NCBI GenBank assembly: GCA_973895155.1
Contig: OZ316895.1
Coordinates: 10,156,184-10,220,183, forward strand
Direction: 5' to 3'
Length of the DNA stretch: 64,000 bases
Source: Marsupella aquatica
Lineage: Eukaryota; Plantae; Marchantiophyta
In this document: positions 1-11,460 of the stretch, in pieces
Numbering within the stretch: the stretch's first letter is position 1
How the letters are laid out: each line of letters opens with the position of its first letter
Program-made: the position numbers and the translations under genes
The notes under the pieces: generated by a model
The model's database searches: none
What the model was told of the DNA's origin: nothing
What the model saw: the letters and a program-made list of their open reading frames with translations, nothing else

Positions 1-1145
1 GACTCACAAGAGAAAACTTTGTTTTTCAAGGAAAGCTTAAGCTTGAGTCGGTGTCGGTCACTGAAAGGCAGCAAGAGCTTCAGTGTGTGTTTAGTTGAAC
101 TTCGCCTGCGAAACAATCAGCAATCCATAAGGTTTTTCCCATCATCAAAAAAACTCTAGGTAAATACCACATGGGATACCCCGTATCCCACTTTGCATCC
201 AACCTCCGTTTTTAGCTAAAGAGAAATCAAAATTGGACATTTGAAGAGTGAATCCCAAACGGGATACGCCGTATCCCATTTCGCATTCAACGTTGAGGTT
301 TTGACATTTGGAGTCTAAGATGCTTCATATTCGGAGGTTGGATGCGACATGGGATACCCCGTATCCCATTTCGCATCCAACCTCCTTTTTTAGGTAAAGA
401 GAAATCAAAACTGGACATTTGAAGGGTGAATCCCAAACGGGATACGCCGTATCCCATTTCGCATTCAAAGTTGAGGTTTTGACATTTGGAGTCTAAGATA
501 CTTCATATTTGGAGGTTGGATGCGATATGGGATACCCCGTATCCCACTTCGCATCCAACCTCCTTTTTTAGCCAAAGTGAAATGAAAACTGGACATTTGA
601 AGGTTGAATCCCAAACGGGATACGGCGTATCCCATTTGGGATTTGTCCTCGCCATTTTCAGGAAGATTCTCACCTGTTAGTCAAAACTGATTTTTGGCGA
701 ATACGAGTTTGTATAGACGGTGTGCATTCGTCGAGAGTAAGAGTATACAGAGCGAGAAAAAATGAGCGGAAAATTCTCAAGCGGTGATCTCCTATTTATA
801 GTTTTCTCTCTGACCGTGGTTAGTATTTGACTGCAGTTGCATCGTAGTCGGTTAAATGTTACCGTTGAGAAGAATCGTTTTGGAATATTCTTGTCGGGTA
901 AACCAATATCTGCAATTTTACTGCGTTTGTTTTTGGTTTTTTGAATTCCGCGGTTGGATCCAAAATGGGATACGCCGTATCCCATCTTCGTATTCATGTC
1001 GATTTTTCCCATTTTTTCAATTCAAAAAACTAGTTTTTAGGGGGAATACTAATTCCGTATCCAAGACTTTTTTGCCTTAGAAACATTTTTCGCCGCGGGC
1101 AAAATGAGAAGTGTGGCCACACTTCTCGTTTGGTCCGTCACTGTG
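1..1145. mobile_element. Probable end of a DNA transposon with CAC terminus (CMC/EnSpm/Transib-like) and subterminal hairpin repeats; other end outside the window
   Basis: The reverse complement from 1145 begins CACAGTGACGGACCAAACG. There is a perfect 22-bp palindrome GAGAAGTGTGGCCACACTTCTC at 1106-1127 and arrayed subterminal hairpins upstream. No partner TIR or transposase is visible. Confidence 0.45.
171..637. repeat. 178-bp tandem repeat (~2.6 copies), each unit carrying two hairpins
   Basis: ATGGGATACCCCGTATCCCA starts at 171, 349 and 527 (period 178). A second hairpin GGGATACGCCGTATCCC recurs within each unit, with another copy at 965-985. The unit junction forms a longer fold-back: GGAGGTTGGATGCGA...TCGCATCCAACCTCC. 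Confidence 0.9.
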
Positions 1146-2184
1146 TTATATGCGCATTTCAACCTATCTAACGTCTTAGGGGTCTCACTTCCATAAGAAC
1201 TACACATTCCATGCAACAAAACATAGAGTAGTTTTTACTGTTTCTAAGGAAAAACTTTAAAATAATTTGTGGAAACAGATTAGGGACTCTTAATTCCAAT
1301 TTTGAGCATTATAAGAAAATAATTTTCTTAAGCCAAAATGGTGAATATTTTAAAAATGTATGACTAAACAGTTAGATCAGAAAATGTTTGTTATGTTTTA
1401 GGGTGGTTTAGAATACAAAACATCTTTCAATGATGGGGGCTCCATATAGTCAGAACCCAAGCTAGTATCTTTGCAGAGCCGCTTGCAGTGGACACAACCT
1501 GAATCCTTTGCTCAAGATGGAAGGGCGGAAGGGTTGGCTTCAGGCCAATATAATCATACCATATATGAGCTTGTCTTTCCACAAGGTCTCGACCCTGGCG
1601 TCTTTTGATAGGGTTATATTACCATCCTAGACCCTTCTTACGGGATCACCTTATTTGTGGGAAACCTTTTGATGACACATGGATACATCTTCTTAACTAA
1701 AGTATAAATCTAGAGACCACAATTGTTCATGACATTTTGTGAGGGATGCTACCTCTTAGGTTATTTCTTGGACTTTTATATACTTAGATAGGTGGGAGGT
1801 GGAGCTTGATTCACTTGGTCTGCCTGGGGGTCAACCATAATTAACAAATACGTGTTGATCTTACCATGGTACATAATGAAAACATCTGGGTAATGGGAGC
1901 GCAAGCAGGCGCATTAGCAACACAAGTAAAAATTGGTAGAAGAGAAGTCTGAGATGATATGCAGCACAAGCAATTTCAGATGGCTTCCTCCCCGTTTCCT
2001 ATCAGGATAGTTGAAAGAGTGCATGACAAGCAACTGGAGACATTCAGGCACAGGCTGATTTCACAGGACCACCAGTATTCATTTTGACTAAGCACTTCTA
2101 TAAAAGATTTTGGTGTTGTACAACGGGCTCAAGCCCAAGCCATCTATTCGAGATCTCTAGTAGTAAGTACCACCAGTGCACCTC

Positions 2185-2910
2185 AGCATAGGCTTACCCC
2201 CTAGAGACCAACCATGCCCCACTTGAAGACTTAGTTTTGTCACTAAGTGTGAACTGTTACTGATACACTATAACCGTAGATATTCTTTCTAGAATGATTT
2301 CATTTGGCGCTCTTTGGTTTTTGGCAGTATTATGATAAGGTATGCATAGGTCTTCTTTTAGGTTTAGTGTTTGCTAATGTGCCTCAGCCCCATTTGAAGT
2401 GATAGGCAACTTGTCGAGTTTTCGGGCACGTCAACTCGTCACTTGCCCGGCAGAAATTGGCCCAAATGTTGGATATTCCCTGTTATTCCCCGGGCTGGGT
2501 CGTGTGCGGGGCTGGGCTGGGATAGGCCAGGACAGGCCAGGACAGGGTCCAGCCGGGTCAGGGCGGGGTGTGAGCCGGCAGGGGGCGGGGCCGGGAGGTC
2601 ATGGCCGGGAAGTTGATTAAGATCAGGTGGACGGGATGGTCCGGGTGATGAGTTTCCGGTTGACGGACTCTAAAGCCTCTATTTGTCGAGGAAGTCCAAA
2701 CCCGTCACCTTAGCACAGGCTAGCCCCTTTAGAGGTCAACCATGTCCCACTTGAAACTATATGTGAACTGTTACATCATCACTCATTGCAAAGAAAGATA
2801 CTTATTTCCATTTTTTTCTACTTTCTATAATTTTTTCATTTGTCGATCTTTAGTTTTTTGGCTGTATTATGAGAAAGCTTGCATTTGTCTTCTTGTAGGT
2901 TTCGTGTTTG
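2185..2910 (+). repeat. Degenerate direct duplication (~2185-2380 vs ~2713-2910) separated by a GC-rich ~320-bp insert; probable TE remnants
   Basis: ggcttaccccctagagaccaaccatgccccacttgaa...gtgaactgttac matches ggctagcccctttagaggtcaaccatgtcccacttgaa...gtgaactgttac. The intervening GC-rich block has weak inverted similarity at its ends. Confidence 0.55.
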
Positions 2911-5840
2911 TCCTCCGTAGGCCTCTTTTGCTTTCCTCCTTCGTCCCGTGTTTGGCCACTTTTTATTAAATTGGTTCCTTATCTCTCTTTTTAGTTCATT
3001 GGTCCTTTTTGGCTTTCTTTAAAGAACTAGTTAAATAAAGACTGCAAGGGCCGACATGAATACTGTATCCTCCTTAATCCTATATCCAGGTCAAAGGCCA
3101 CTCTTATAAAGTACAAGGTCACATAACTCGTGTCCTGTACCCCTAGAGTGCGCCAGGGCGCTCAACTTTACTTTCCCTTGTTGGCCTGGCACAGAGAGAG
3201 CACTGGCATCTTCATGTGTGGGGCTCACTCAAAAGGAAGCTGGGTTACTATCTTTTTCAGTTGTTGGAGGGTTTGTAAACTGCCCTCAATCATTAAACTG
3301 TCAGCAAGGTCACCCTGTGATTCTTTATGCCTTTGATTTCGGCTGAATTTGGGGTTGTAGTGTATGTGTAGGACTCCACATGGCCAGCAAGATAGCTCGC
3401 CAAACAAGGAGTCCAAAAATGAGGCTTTCTTCAATAGATAACAAAATTTATGGCTAGTGAGCGAGTACCTTTGTTAGTGAAGTTGGGTGTATTTAGTTAT
3501 TTTTTCCTCACATGGGAAAAAAATATGCAACTGCCAGTTAACTTTTTTTAGCAGAACTGGTCTTTTTCCCTGTGGGAGCTAAGGTGGCAACCTCTCCAAC
3601 AGTGTTTCTTTTTGTATTTTGGACAGGTAGCACTTATGGCAAGTTGAGAAGACTCTGCTTAGCAAAGTTTTTGTAGTTGTACTAGCCCTGACTACCCGTT
3701 CTTTGAATATAGGGAAGAGGACAATAAAAGTATTATCACAATATATTCTCTATTCATATTATTTGAAGGTTAATGACATGATAAAAAACCAATTATTTTA
3801 ATAATCATATATAATATACCATTTTCCTTTATGTGCACATCAGTCTTTTTGTATGCACATCCATCTTCTATGCACATATGTTGTGGTGGGGCCAAAGTGC
3901 CCATATTTTCTGAATGTAAATAATTAAAAATTATCACAAAAAACTTGCATGTACCAGTTAACATATATCATAGTCATGTCACCAGCTTTTCCATGCACAT
4001 GATGCCCATAGAGTTGGCCATAGAGTTATGGTCTAGAGGTTTCACTCTATATCTAGGCTCTTAAAAGTAGACCTCAGTTGACGCTTTTATAATAAGATTG
4101 TCACATTATGACAATTAGATCTATGTATGGTCATATTTGGATCATTGATTTGACAAAATAAGTCACTGAAACTTTTCAAAAACAAACCCCTGTATGTTAT
4201 TCACAAGCCCCTTGAGTTCACCTGGTAGCAATTAAATGTGCCAAAACTAGCACCAAAAGGAAACCAGGCTCCCCACGTTGAAGCTCATTGCTACTATGAA
4301 GTGTATCGTAGTCAAATTTCCTGGAAATAGGGATAGCCATTAGATCTTCCTAGATCTGACAAATCAATACTTCACGGATTTTCCCCTTCTATCATTATAC
4401 GCAGAGCAAACTAAAATTTTGGCAATTTTTTGGGCCTTGGATAATGGACTGGGCAGGTAGGCACCTGGTTATTGTAACAATTTGCTCCATGCTTTTGGCA
4501 GACAGTCAAGTCTGCCTAAGTGCTCCCTCCATATGTAAAACATCTGGTTTCTTAATTTTTTTCAGACTCTAGTTTGCATTTTTTTTTTCACTGGATTTTT
4601 CCACTGGATGGATGACAAAAACAGAAGTGCAAACTCCTTATACGGATTCATGTGCACTTATCCATAAGAGTCATGATATGGCCCAGAGTACTTATTAATT
4701 CATAGCTGTTGACTCTTTTTTCATACTGCATAGTGATGCATTTCTGTAGTTAGTAGGATACATAATTTTAGGGTGAGTATTGCACAGACCAAGGATTGTG
4801 CAACATTTCAATAAGTGCAAGATTGTCATAGTTGCACTTATCACATATTGCAGATGATGTAGATCCACCCTTATCTATAAGTGCAAGACTGCCCTTATCA
4901 CTTAGTGAAATCTGTGTTTCAGTGTTACACCTCCTGGCACTTAGAGGGAGTAGACTGTACTACAATGGAAAAAAGTGTGCAGGATAAGGGAACCAACTGG
5001 CAGAGCCTGAGAGGCTTTCAAGCTCAAATTGTAGCGAGTAAACCTAACAAATGCCGTTCTGCACTAAACTCAAGAAACAAATTGTGAAACCATCATTGGA
5101 GAAGGCCATAGGACTTTTCTTGCCAAATGGCAAATTTAGTCTGGTCATGTGCTGGTGACTTCTCACAAACACACAAAAGTTACCCTTTCACCTATGGAAT
5201 GTGAAGTTAATCTTGACTAAACCAACTTAGTCATGTCCGTTATTATATCATCAATTCCTAGGGACTTAAATGAAGGTGAGGACAGAAAGGGCCTACCGCA
5301 GTCTGAGTGTCATGGAACCACTAACCCCTTGAAGTGGTTACGCCCCTCAGGTAGTTATGCACCCTACTACAGTGCTGTGTTTTGCAACTAAAAGTATAGA
5401 TGTGCACAACAACGATGTACTCAAATAAAGTAGTAGACTCCGTAGCCCATACCCCACTTCCAATTCGAATGCCTCGTCTTAAGGGTCCTCTATGATAAAA
5501 CATAATCTATCCTCCACGTCAAACCTAAATGAGAATTTTCCATGTTGCACGAAAGGTGTTCGAGGACGATATCTACTGAAGCTATAGAAGAAAAGGCAAA
5601 TTAGTTCCCTCATATATTGTATGCACTGACGTTGCTACATGCCCTACAAATTGATTTCTCTGAGCAGTGCATGATTGTACACCTTTCAAAGCGTTGGTAT
5701 TGGTAAGGTTGAGAACATGATGGTCCCCACACTATAACATTGATGCTGAAAGTCAGATCCTTGCCTACTGTACTTGAAGAATGAGCCCTAATCAAAGTTG
5801 CGAGAATTAAAAATCCAAAAAACTGATATATATATATATC

Positions 5841-6004
5841 ACCCTGGGTTAAATCAACATATATCATACCCTGGGAGAAATGGTAGAACATAAACCTAGG
5901 CCGCGTCGGGGAACGGGCAGGCGGCATTGGATTTCGTGACGGGCAGCGTACGGGGTGCCGCTAAACTTGGAGCGCATTAACGCGGTGTTGATTTAACCCA
6001 GGGT
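5841..6004. mobile_element. MITE-like element, 164 bp, with perfect 19-bp TIRs, in a TA-rich site
   Basis: ACCCTGGGTTAAATCAACA (5841-5859) and TGTTGATTTAACCCAGGGT (5986-6004). Flanked by (TA)n on the left and TTATATA on the right; GC-rich non-coding interior. Confidence 0.7.
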
Positions 6005-6462
6005 TTATATACCCATCTCATTGCCAAGGACAAAAAGCGTGGTGACAAGATTCCAATCCAATAAAGGAGAGAAAACATGGGAAAAATCCAGGAAGGCCAG
6101 AGAGCCAAATAGGGGGACTCAATATTGGGGCCGAGTTGGATTCCACGGTATTTGGTCACCGACCGTTTTGAGCGTGACGGCAGCAAGTCACGGACGCGCG
6201 GCAGCACAATGAATTAAAAATGAAACCTCCTGTGTGAGTCCATTGACGGACCAAAACAAGAAACGGGGCCGCTCAAAATTAGGCTCCAAGGAGTCCCGCA
6301 CGGGGTCCCGCAGGGCTAGACTTTACCCTCCAAGAAGACTTGGCTAAGCCCGCGTAATCAAAATTTGAAATTCAAAGGATTCACAATGAGGGTTCCTCTC
6401 CGCATTGCATTGCGCTAACTCCACTTACGAAGCTCGCAGGACTTCAAGCAAGCAGCTGCAAT

Positions 6463-8148
6463 ATGGAGCCCATCACCATTCACAACTTCATTTCCGCAGC
6501 AGATGTTGAGCGCAGTAGCACAGATTTCTGTGAAGAGGACGCCGGTGATTCTTCCTCTCCCATCGACATGCCTTCCAACACTCCAAGGTCGAATGCAGGA
6601 GCTCCGATGAGTGCTTTTGTTCCTCCACGCCCAACTGTCGTAGGTGCTGTTGCGCAAGGTATGGGGATGTCACAGGGTCAACAATCGATTCCGTTTTCCA
6701 TGTGTAACACGCAAAATATAGGAGCAGGGCAGACTGGACAAGCTCCAGTCAATCATCTCCAGCCAGGACGTCGCCCTAGTTCAAGAGTACCTGTTGATCG
6801 AGGCACAAAGCTCAAGCATGAAGATTACGCAAAAATTCTGGATTACATTGAGGTCAGGGAGAATTTCAACGCCATACACGGGGCTGGGAAGAAGACCAGG
6901 ATTGGTGGCCGATACCAGTCCAAGAAGTCCACATTTACAAGCATGGCAGCAGTCCTAGCAGAGTATGGTTTCCCAATCATGGATGGACAGAATCTGAGCA
7001 AGAGATTTGGGAGATACGTTGACATGTATAGGAAGGCTTTGGAAGTGAAGAACTCTAGCGGTGGAGGATTGACAGAAGAGGAGTTTCAAACCGGTATGAC
7101 AATTCAAGGGAAACTGGAGAAGATGTGCCCCCATTTTGACAGAATGCACATGATTTATGGAGAACGTGCGAACGTGGCAACACCAGGTAGTTTCAACCAG
7201 GGATTTCGCAATTCTGGGCTGATCATTCTTGAAAACACTACTGAAGATGCAACGGACAACATTGACAGTGAATGGAACGATTCTGAGCCCCATGATTCTG
7301 AAGCTACACACATACTCACAGGTATTAATCAACAATAAAGAGCTAGTCTTTTCTAAATCTGTCGTATGTTTGTAAAGCAGGTTGATTGATGCCATTGTTT
7401 TGCACTCCTTGTCACAGATGGGCCAGCAGAGGTTGATGACGAACCATCTCCACCTGCTGAGAGTGAGAATGTTGTGCCACCACCTCCCGTGATTGATCCC
7501 GAAGAGGAAACTCCTGTGCAGCAACAACAGACTCCCTCGGTTGGCACAGAGGAATGTGCCCCGCCTCCCCAACAAAATGCTGGCCAGAACCATCGTCGAA
7601 CCCCACTACAGAGGCCATCACAGTCCACTGGTGCACCACAGAGGTCTAATCCAAATGTAGCAGCGGGTAATGATCATGGAGCTCGTGCAAATAGGAGGTT
7701 AGAGAACCAGGGTAGCGCAACATCAAAGAACAACCTAGCATCAGTTTATCAGGACAGGTGCAGAGACAAATCAGAATTCCGGAAGGAACTAATCGGGTCC
7801 AAAGAGAAGTGGAAAAAAGATGAATTGGATGACCGGAAAGAGGCCAGAACAACTGCTGCAAAAAAAGACCGTCTGGATAGGATCCACAAATTCAGATTGG
7901 AGAAACTTTCAGCATCAAATGCTGAAAAACGTATGCGAATAGATCAGAGTCACCAATTTATGATGGCACACATGACAATGAAAGCATCCTTCCTAACTAA
8001 AATGGTCCGTAGCCAGAAGTCAGAAGCAGAGATTACTAGATTGATGAAACTTATAGATGCTCCTGCACCCAGTGCAAGTACAGACCGGGATGTAGATGAT
8101 ATGTTTACTGAGGAAGATCTTACAGGTAGCCATGATCCATTCGATTGA
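6463..8148 (+). CDS. Transposon ORF1, Myb/SANT (trihelix)-like DNA-binding partner protein, ~529 aa; exons 6463-7321 and 7418-8148
   Basis: A 96-bp GT..AG intron (7322-7417) joins the 291-aa and 224-aa ORFs in frame. Conserved-looking core ILDYIEVRENF...RFGRYVDMYRKA...GGGLTEEE...KLEKMCPHFDRMHMIYGER, followed by an acidic/Pro linker and a C-terminal coiled coil, as in Harbinger ORF1 proteins. Confidence 0.8.
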
Positions 8149-8388
8149 TAAGTCAATGAAACAAATTTTGTGTTTGGAATTTATAAAGCTTTGAATTTAG
8201 CACAAAACTGCTAAAATATAATCGCCTTATCTCTTGTGTATAAACAATGAATGTTATTTTATTCCAAATGGCAAAATACAAGTTCACAATTGAAGTACGT
8301 GAATATACTTTCATATATACAGTACGAGTTCACTACTATTTGCAACTAACTATACTGCTACAACTCAATTACACTTGTGCTTTCGGTG

Positions 8389-9927
8389 CTATTCGTCATT
8401 GAGAAAACCTCCAGGCCCACTGTTGAATTCCAATGTATGTTGCATCACACGCCTCTGCAATGCTCGGCCTGCAACTCGGGATGCCTCATTCCGAGCTATA
8501 GTGGCACCTGTCTCTTCTCTCATGTTCTGTGAGTCCCCACTCCCTGCCTCATCAAAATCCGTCACTTCCAACGGGCATTCCATATCTTCCTGTCTCCAAT
8601 CATCCTTCATGAACAAAACAAAATTGTGCAGCAATGTGCACACTCTAATCCAACGACACATCCACACATTGTCCTTTTTCTTGTTCAGCTGTGTCCTTAT
8701 CTCCTTCAGTGAAAACCATCGAGATTTTAGAACACCAATGCAGTGTTCATTCACATACCGGGTTTTTGCCACACAGGTGTTGAATTGTTCTTTGTCTCTC
8801 TGTTGATATGTATTCTTATAACTCGCTACCATGTGTGGAGCATTAACATATCCAGAGTCCCCCAGGATGTATTGACCTTCATCAAAATTTGAGTTTGAAT
8901 GGATCTCAGCCCATAGTTGTGATCGCTTCAGACATGTAATGTCTTGGCAAGAACCTGGCATTCCTGCAACAAGCCCCCAACAGATTGAATAAGGAGACAA
9001 GCAAAAAGATCCACTTGAACAATGTTATTTGTCCAATTCAAGCTAAAACATTCCAAACCTGAAAAAAAAATATAACTCACCAGAATAGACAAAAGTTATC
9101 TTCCTCCTATGGTCACATACTACTTGTGCATTGATTGAGTACCAAGATTTTCGATCAAAGTAACATTCTCCATCAATCGCTGGGCGTTGTGAAAGAGGCA
9201 GTAATGTGCCATCAATCAAACCGACACAGCCTGGAAAACCTGTCTTGGCAAATTCTGCTGATATGGCAATCCTCTCCTCTATGTTTGGCCAGGCCACGTA
9301 ATCAGCAAGGGCACTTTCCAGTGCTGTCACAACCCTAGTTGTATAGTTGACACAACTACCAACACTGAGACCCCAAAGGAGCAAGGTTCGTCTCAAGCAA
9401 ACTCCATTGCCATTGTGTCCTAACCTGTCCAAGCAAGTTGGCAATTGAAGAGAAACGGGGGCCTGATCATGCAAGGAGTTGTTACTGAACACTGGGTGCA
9501 TCTCAATCAGAGTCAAGAGGTGGAAGAAGGCCTCTTTATCCATCCGACACATTTGTCTAAACAAATCAGGTGGCAAAACATGCCTGAAAAAATCATCAGC
9601 AAACTGTTTGGATTGAACTCTTTTGGTCCGATCAGCTAAGAACCTTTGGCTTTCTATTACAAAATTCAACTCCAACCATTCACCAGGTTTGGCCCTAGTA
9701 TCGGTGGGATCAGTGACCCCAGCTTCAGAATCGCTTGATGAGTCCAAGTCCATGATAGAATCACTTGCTGTGGAATTGAAAGCACTTTCGTCACTACTGT
9801 TGGCTGAGCCGTCAGAGCTAGTGGACATGAAGGCCTCATCCTCGCTGGAACTTTCGCAAAGAATGCTGGAATAAAGTTGTGATCGAACCCATTTTAGACA
9901 CTGTTGTCGATTGGAGACTTTCGGCAT
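8389..9927 (-). CDS. Harbinger/IS5-like DDE transposase (HARBI1/DDE_Tnp_4 family), ~473 aa; exons 9927-9081 and 8963-8389
   Basis: Motifs FRQMCRM, GFPGCVGLIDGT, SINAQVVCD, YSG/MPGSCQD (joined across the 117-bp intron 8964-9080), ILGDSGY and RYVNEHCIGVLKSRWFSL. D-D-E triad present; no stops. Confidence 0.93.
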
Positions 9928-10155
9928 GTTCACAGTGAATGAATACCACGAACCTGCATCAAATGCACACCATGCCCATAGCTCTCATTCATTTGCAGAA
10001 TTGCACACCATTCACAAAAAGTATTTGACATAGATGGAGCTCCCCACAGGAGTGTGCATTTATAATTATATCAAAGCGGCATAAGCCTTACAAAATGATG
10101 CACCAAATGTGCTCAAACAACACAATGGCTGCACAACTATCGACCTTCAACGCCA

Positions 10156-10794
10156 TCAATCATTGTCTTCAATTTCTGCTGACTGAATGGCTTTGCAAAG
10201 ATCCTCAAGCAACTTCTTTGCATTGCCCTTTCTTGGAGTTGACTTCATGGCTTTTGTTGGTGTGTTGGGAGCCGACTGTTCAGGAGTGGACAGCCCTCTC
10301 AACATGGCAGGAAGGGCAACTTTTGCAGCATCCAACAGAGTCAAATGCGTTGCAGAAACCCCTTTATCAGAGGACCGAAGATGAATCTTGACTCGTGGGG
10401 TGCTCTCCATTATGGATATCACATATGCAAGTTGTTCAGTCTCAGAGCAAGACCTAAAGTTTGCAGCGGTACATCCAAGCAAAACAGTAGCTGAATCCCA
10501 CAAATTCACATGGAGAGGAGGAACACCTGGATAAATGGCATCGAAACAAATCACTTTGAATCTGTATTGGGAAGTGCCTGGTAGGTTATGACCGCAATGA
10601 GACCCAAACTCAAGGGATTTTGCACACGAACGTCCACCAGAAAATCTATATGGGCAGGCTGCATAAAGAAATTTTCGTGGGAATGGATTGGGGGCCACGA
10701 AATTGGCAATCCACACTATATAGGGCGGATAAGAGATGGTCTGATCACTCGGCCTAAACTCCTCCACATCTGAGAGACAGGTCCACTTAGCCAT
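10156..10794 (-). CDS. Stand-alone RPA70 C-terminal-like OB-fold/zinc-ribbon protein (~212 aa) inside the transposon
   Basis: FLYAACP-x8-C-AKS...HCGH...YRFKVICFD...VNLWDSATVLLGCTAANF resembles the RPA1 DBD-C pattern (Y.ACP..C.KK..C..C..RY.L...D.TG...F...E.LLG..A). ATG at 10794 is preceded by an intron acceptor-like TTTTTTGACAG. Confidence 0.7.
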   Translation of the reverse strand: MAKWTCLSDVEEFRPSDQTISYPPYIVWIANFVAPNPFPRKFLYAACPYRFSGGRSCAKSLEFGSHCGHNLPGTSQYRFKVICFDAIYPGVPPLHVNLWDSATVLLGCTAANFRSCSETEQLAYVISIMESTPRVKIHLRSSDKGVSATHLTLLDAAKVALPAMLRGLSTPEQSAPNTPTKAMKSTPRKGNAKKLLEDLCKAIQSAEIEDND

Positions 10795-11299
10795 AATTTT
10801 CTTCCTGTCAAAAAAATGGCAGACATCAATTGGGAACCCATAGGAAACCCAGACCTGGAAGAGGCAACCTAGGAAGCACGAAGAACGTGTCAATTGCCTT
10901 GGACTGTGACAGTCTAACCAAAAATGGCCAAAATAGCATGCAGGTTGAGAAATGAAGTTGCACCTTTTTGCACCTTATAGCGACCAGCTTCAAAATCTGG
11001 AAAGTGCCCTATTCTGTAGGAACCGCACGCAAAATCCTCCTCAAGCAAATGTAAGTCCTGAAATCAATTCACATCAATTTCCCATCGGGAACTGCATTGA
11101 GCCCTAAATTAGTCTGTCACGTATGTAAAGCAGGCATTTCGATTCAACGGCTTTCAATCAGTCTTGCTATTCACAACAACATCAACCAATCAAACCTGAA
11201 ATCACTACAGAACAAAAGGCCTCATCAACTAAGCTCTTGCACAAAGCTCAAGCTCACTCGTTGAAGTTCAAAATGCCATGCCTCCCGGTGCACCCGTCA

Positions 11300-11460
11300 A
11301 CCTGCTTCGCCTCGGCGCCTCGCAGTGTTCTCATTGACCTGCTTGTGAGGATTTGCCTCGATGCCTCACAGTGTTCTCGTCGACCTGCTTCGCCTCGACG
11401 CCTCGTTCTCATTCACCTGCTTCGCCTCGATGCCTCGCGATGTTCTCGTCGAACTGCTTT
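11300..11460. repeat. Short degenerate repeats (CCTGCTTCGCCTCGA/GCCTCG) near the right end of the transposon
   Basis: About four copies of acctgcttcgcctcg...gttctc within 160 bp. Confidence 0.65.

Noticed and set aside
171-637. CRISPR-like array or centromeric 178-bp satellite
   Set aside because: Sequences between the hairpins are repeated rather than unique spacers; no cas genes; eukaryotic context. Fewer than three units, so the 178-bp length alone is not evidence of a centromeric satellite.
1110-1145. RAG recombination-signal-like sequence (CACAGTG heptamer)
   Set aside because: No ACAAAAACC-like nonamer at 12- or 23-bp spacing.
1450-2180. Possible degenerate LINE coding remnants (also ~28200-29700 and ~47250-48200)
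   Set aside because: Suggestive composition only; no readable RT or endonuclease motifs.
6245-6256. TGACGGACCAAA shared between the Harbinger subterminal region and the 1145 terminus
   Set aside because: Only 12 bp, without CACAG and without a TSD relationship; cannot be distinguished from chance.
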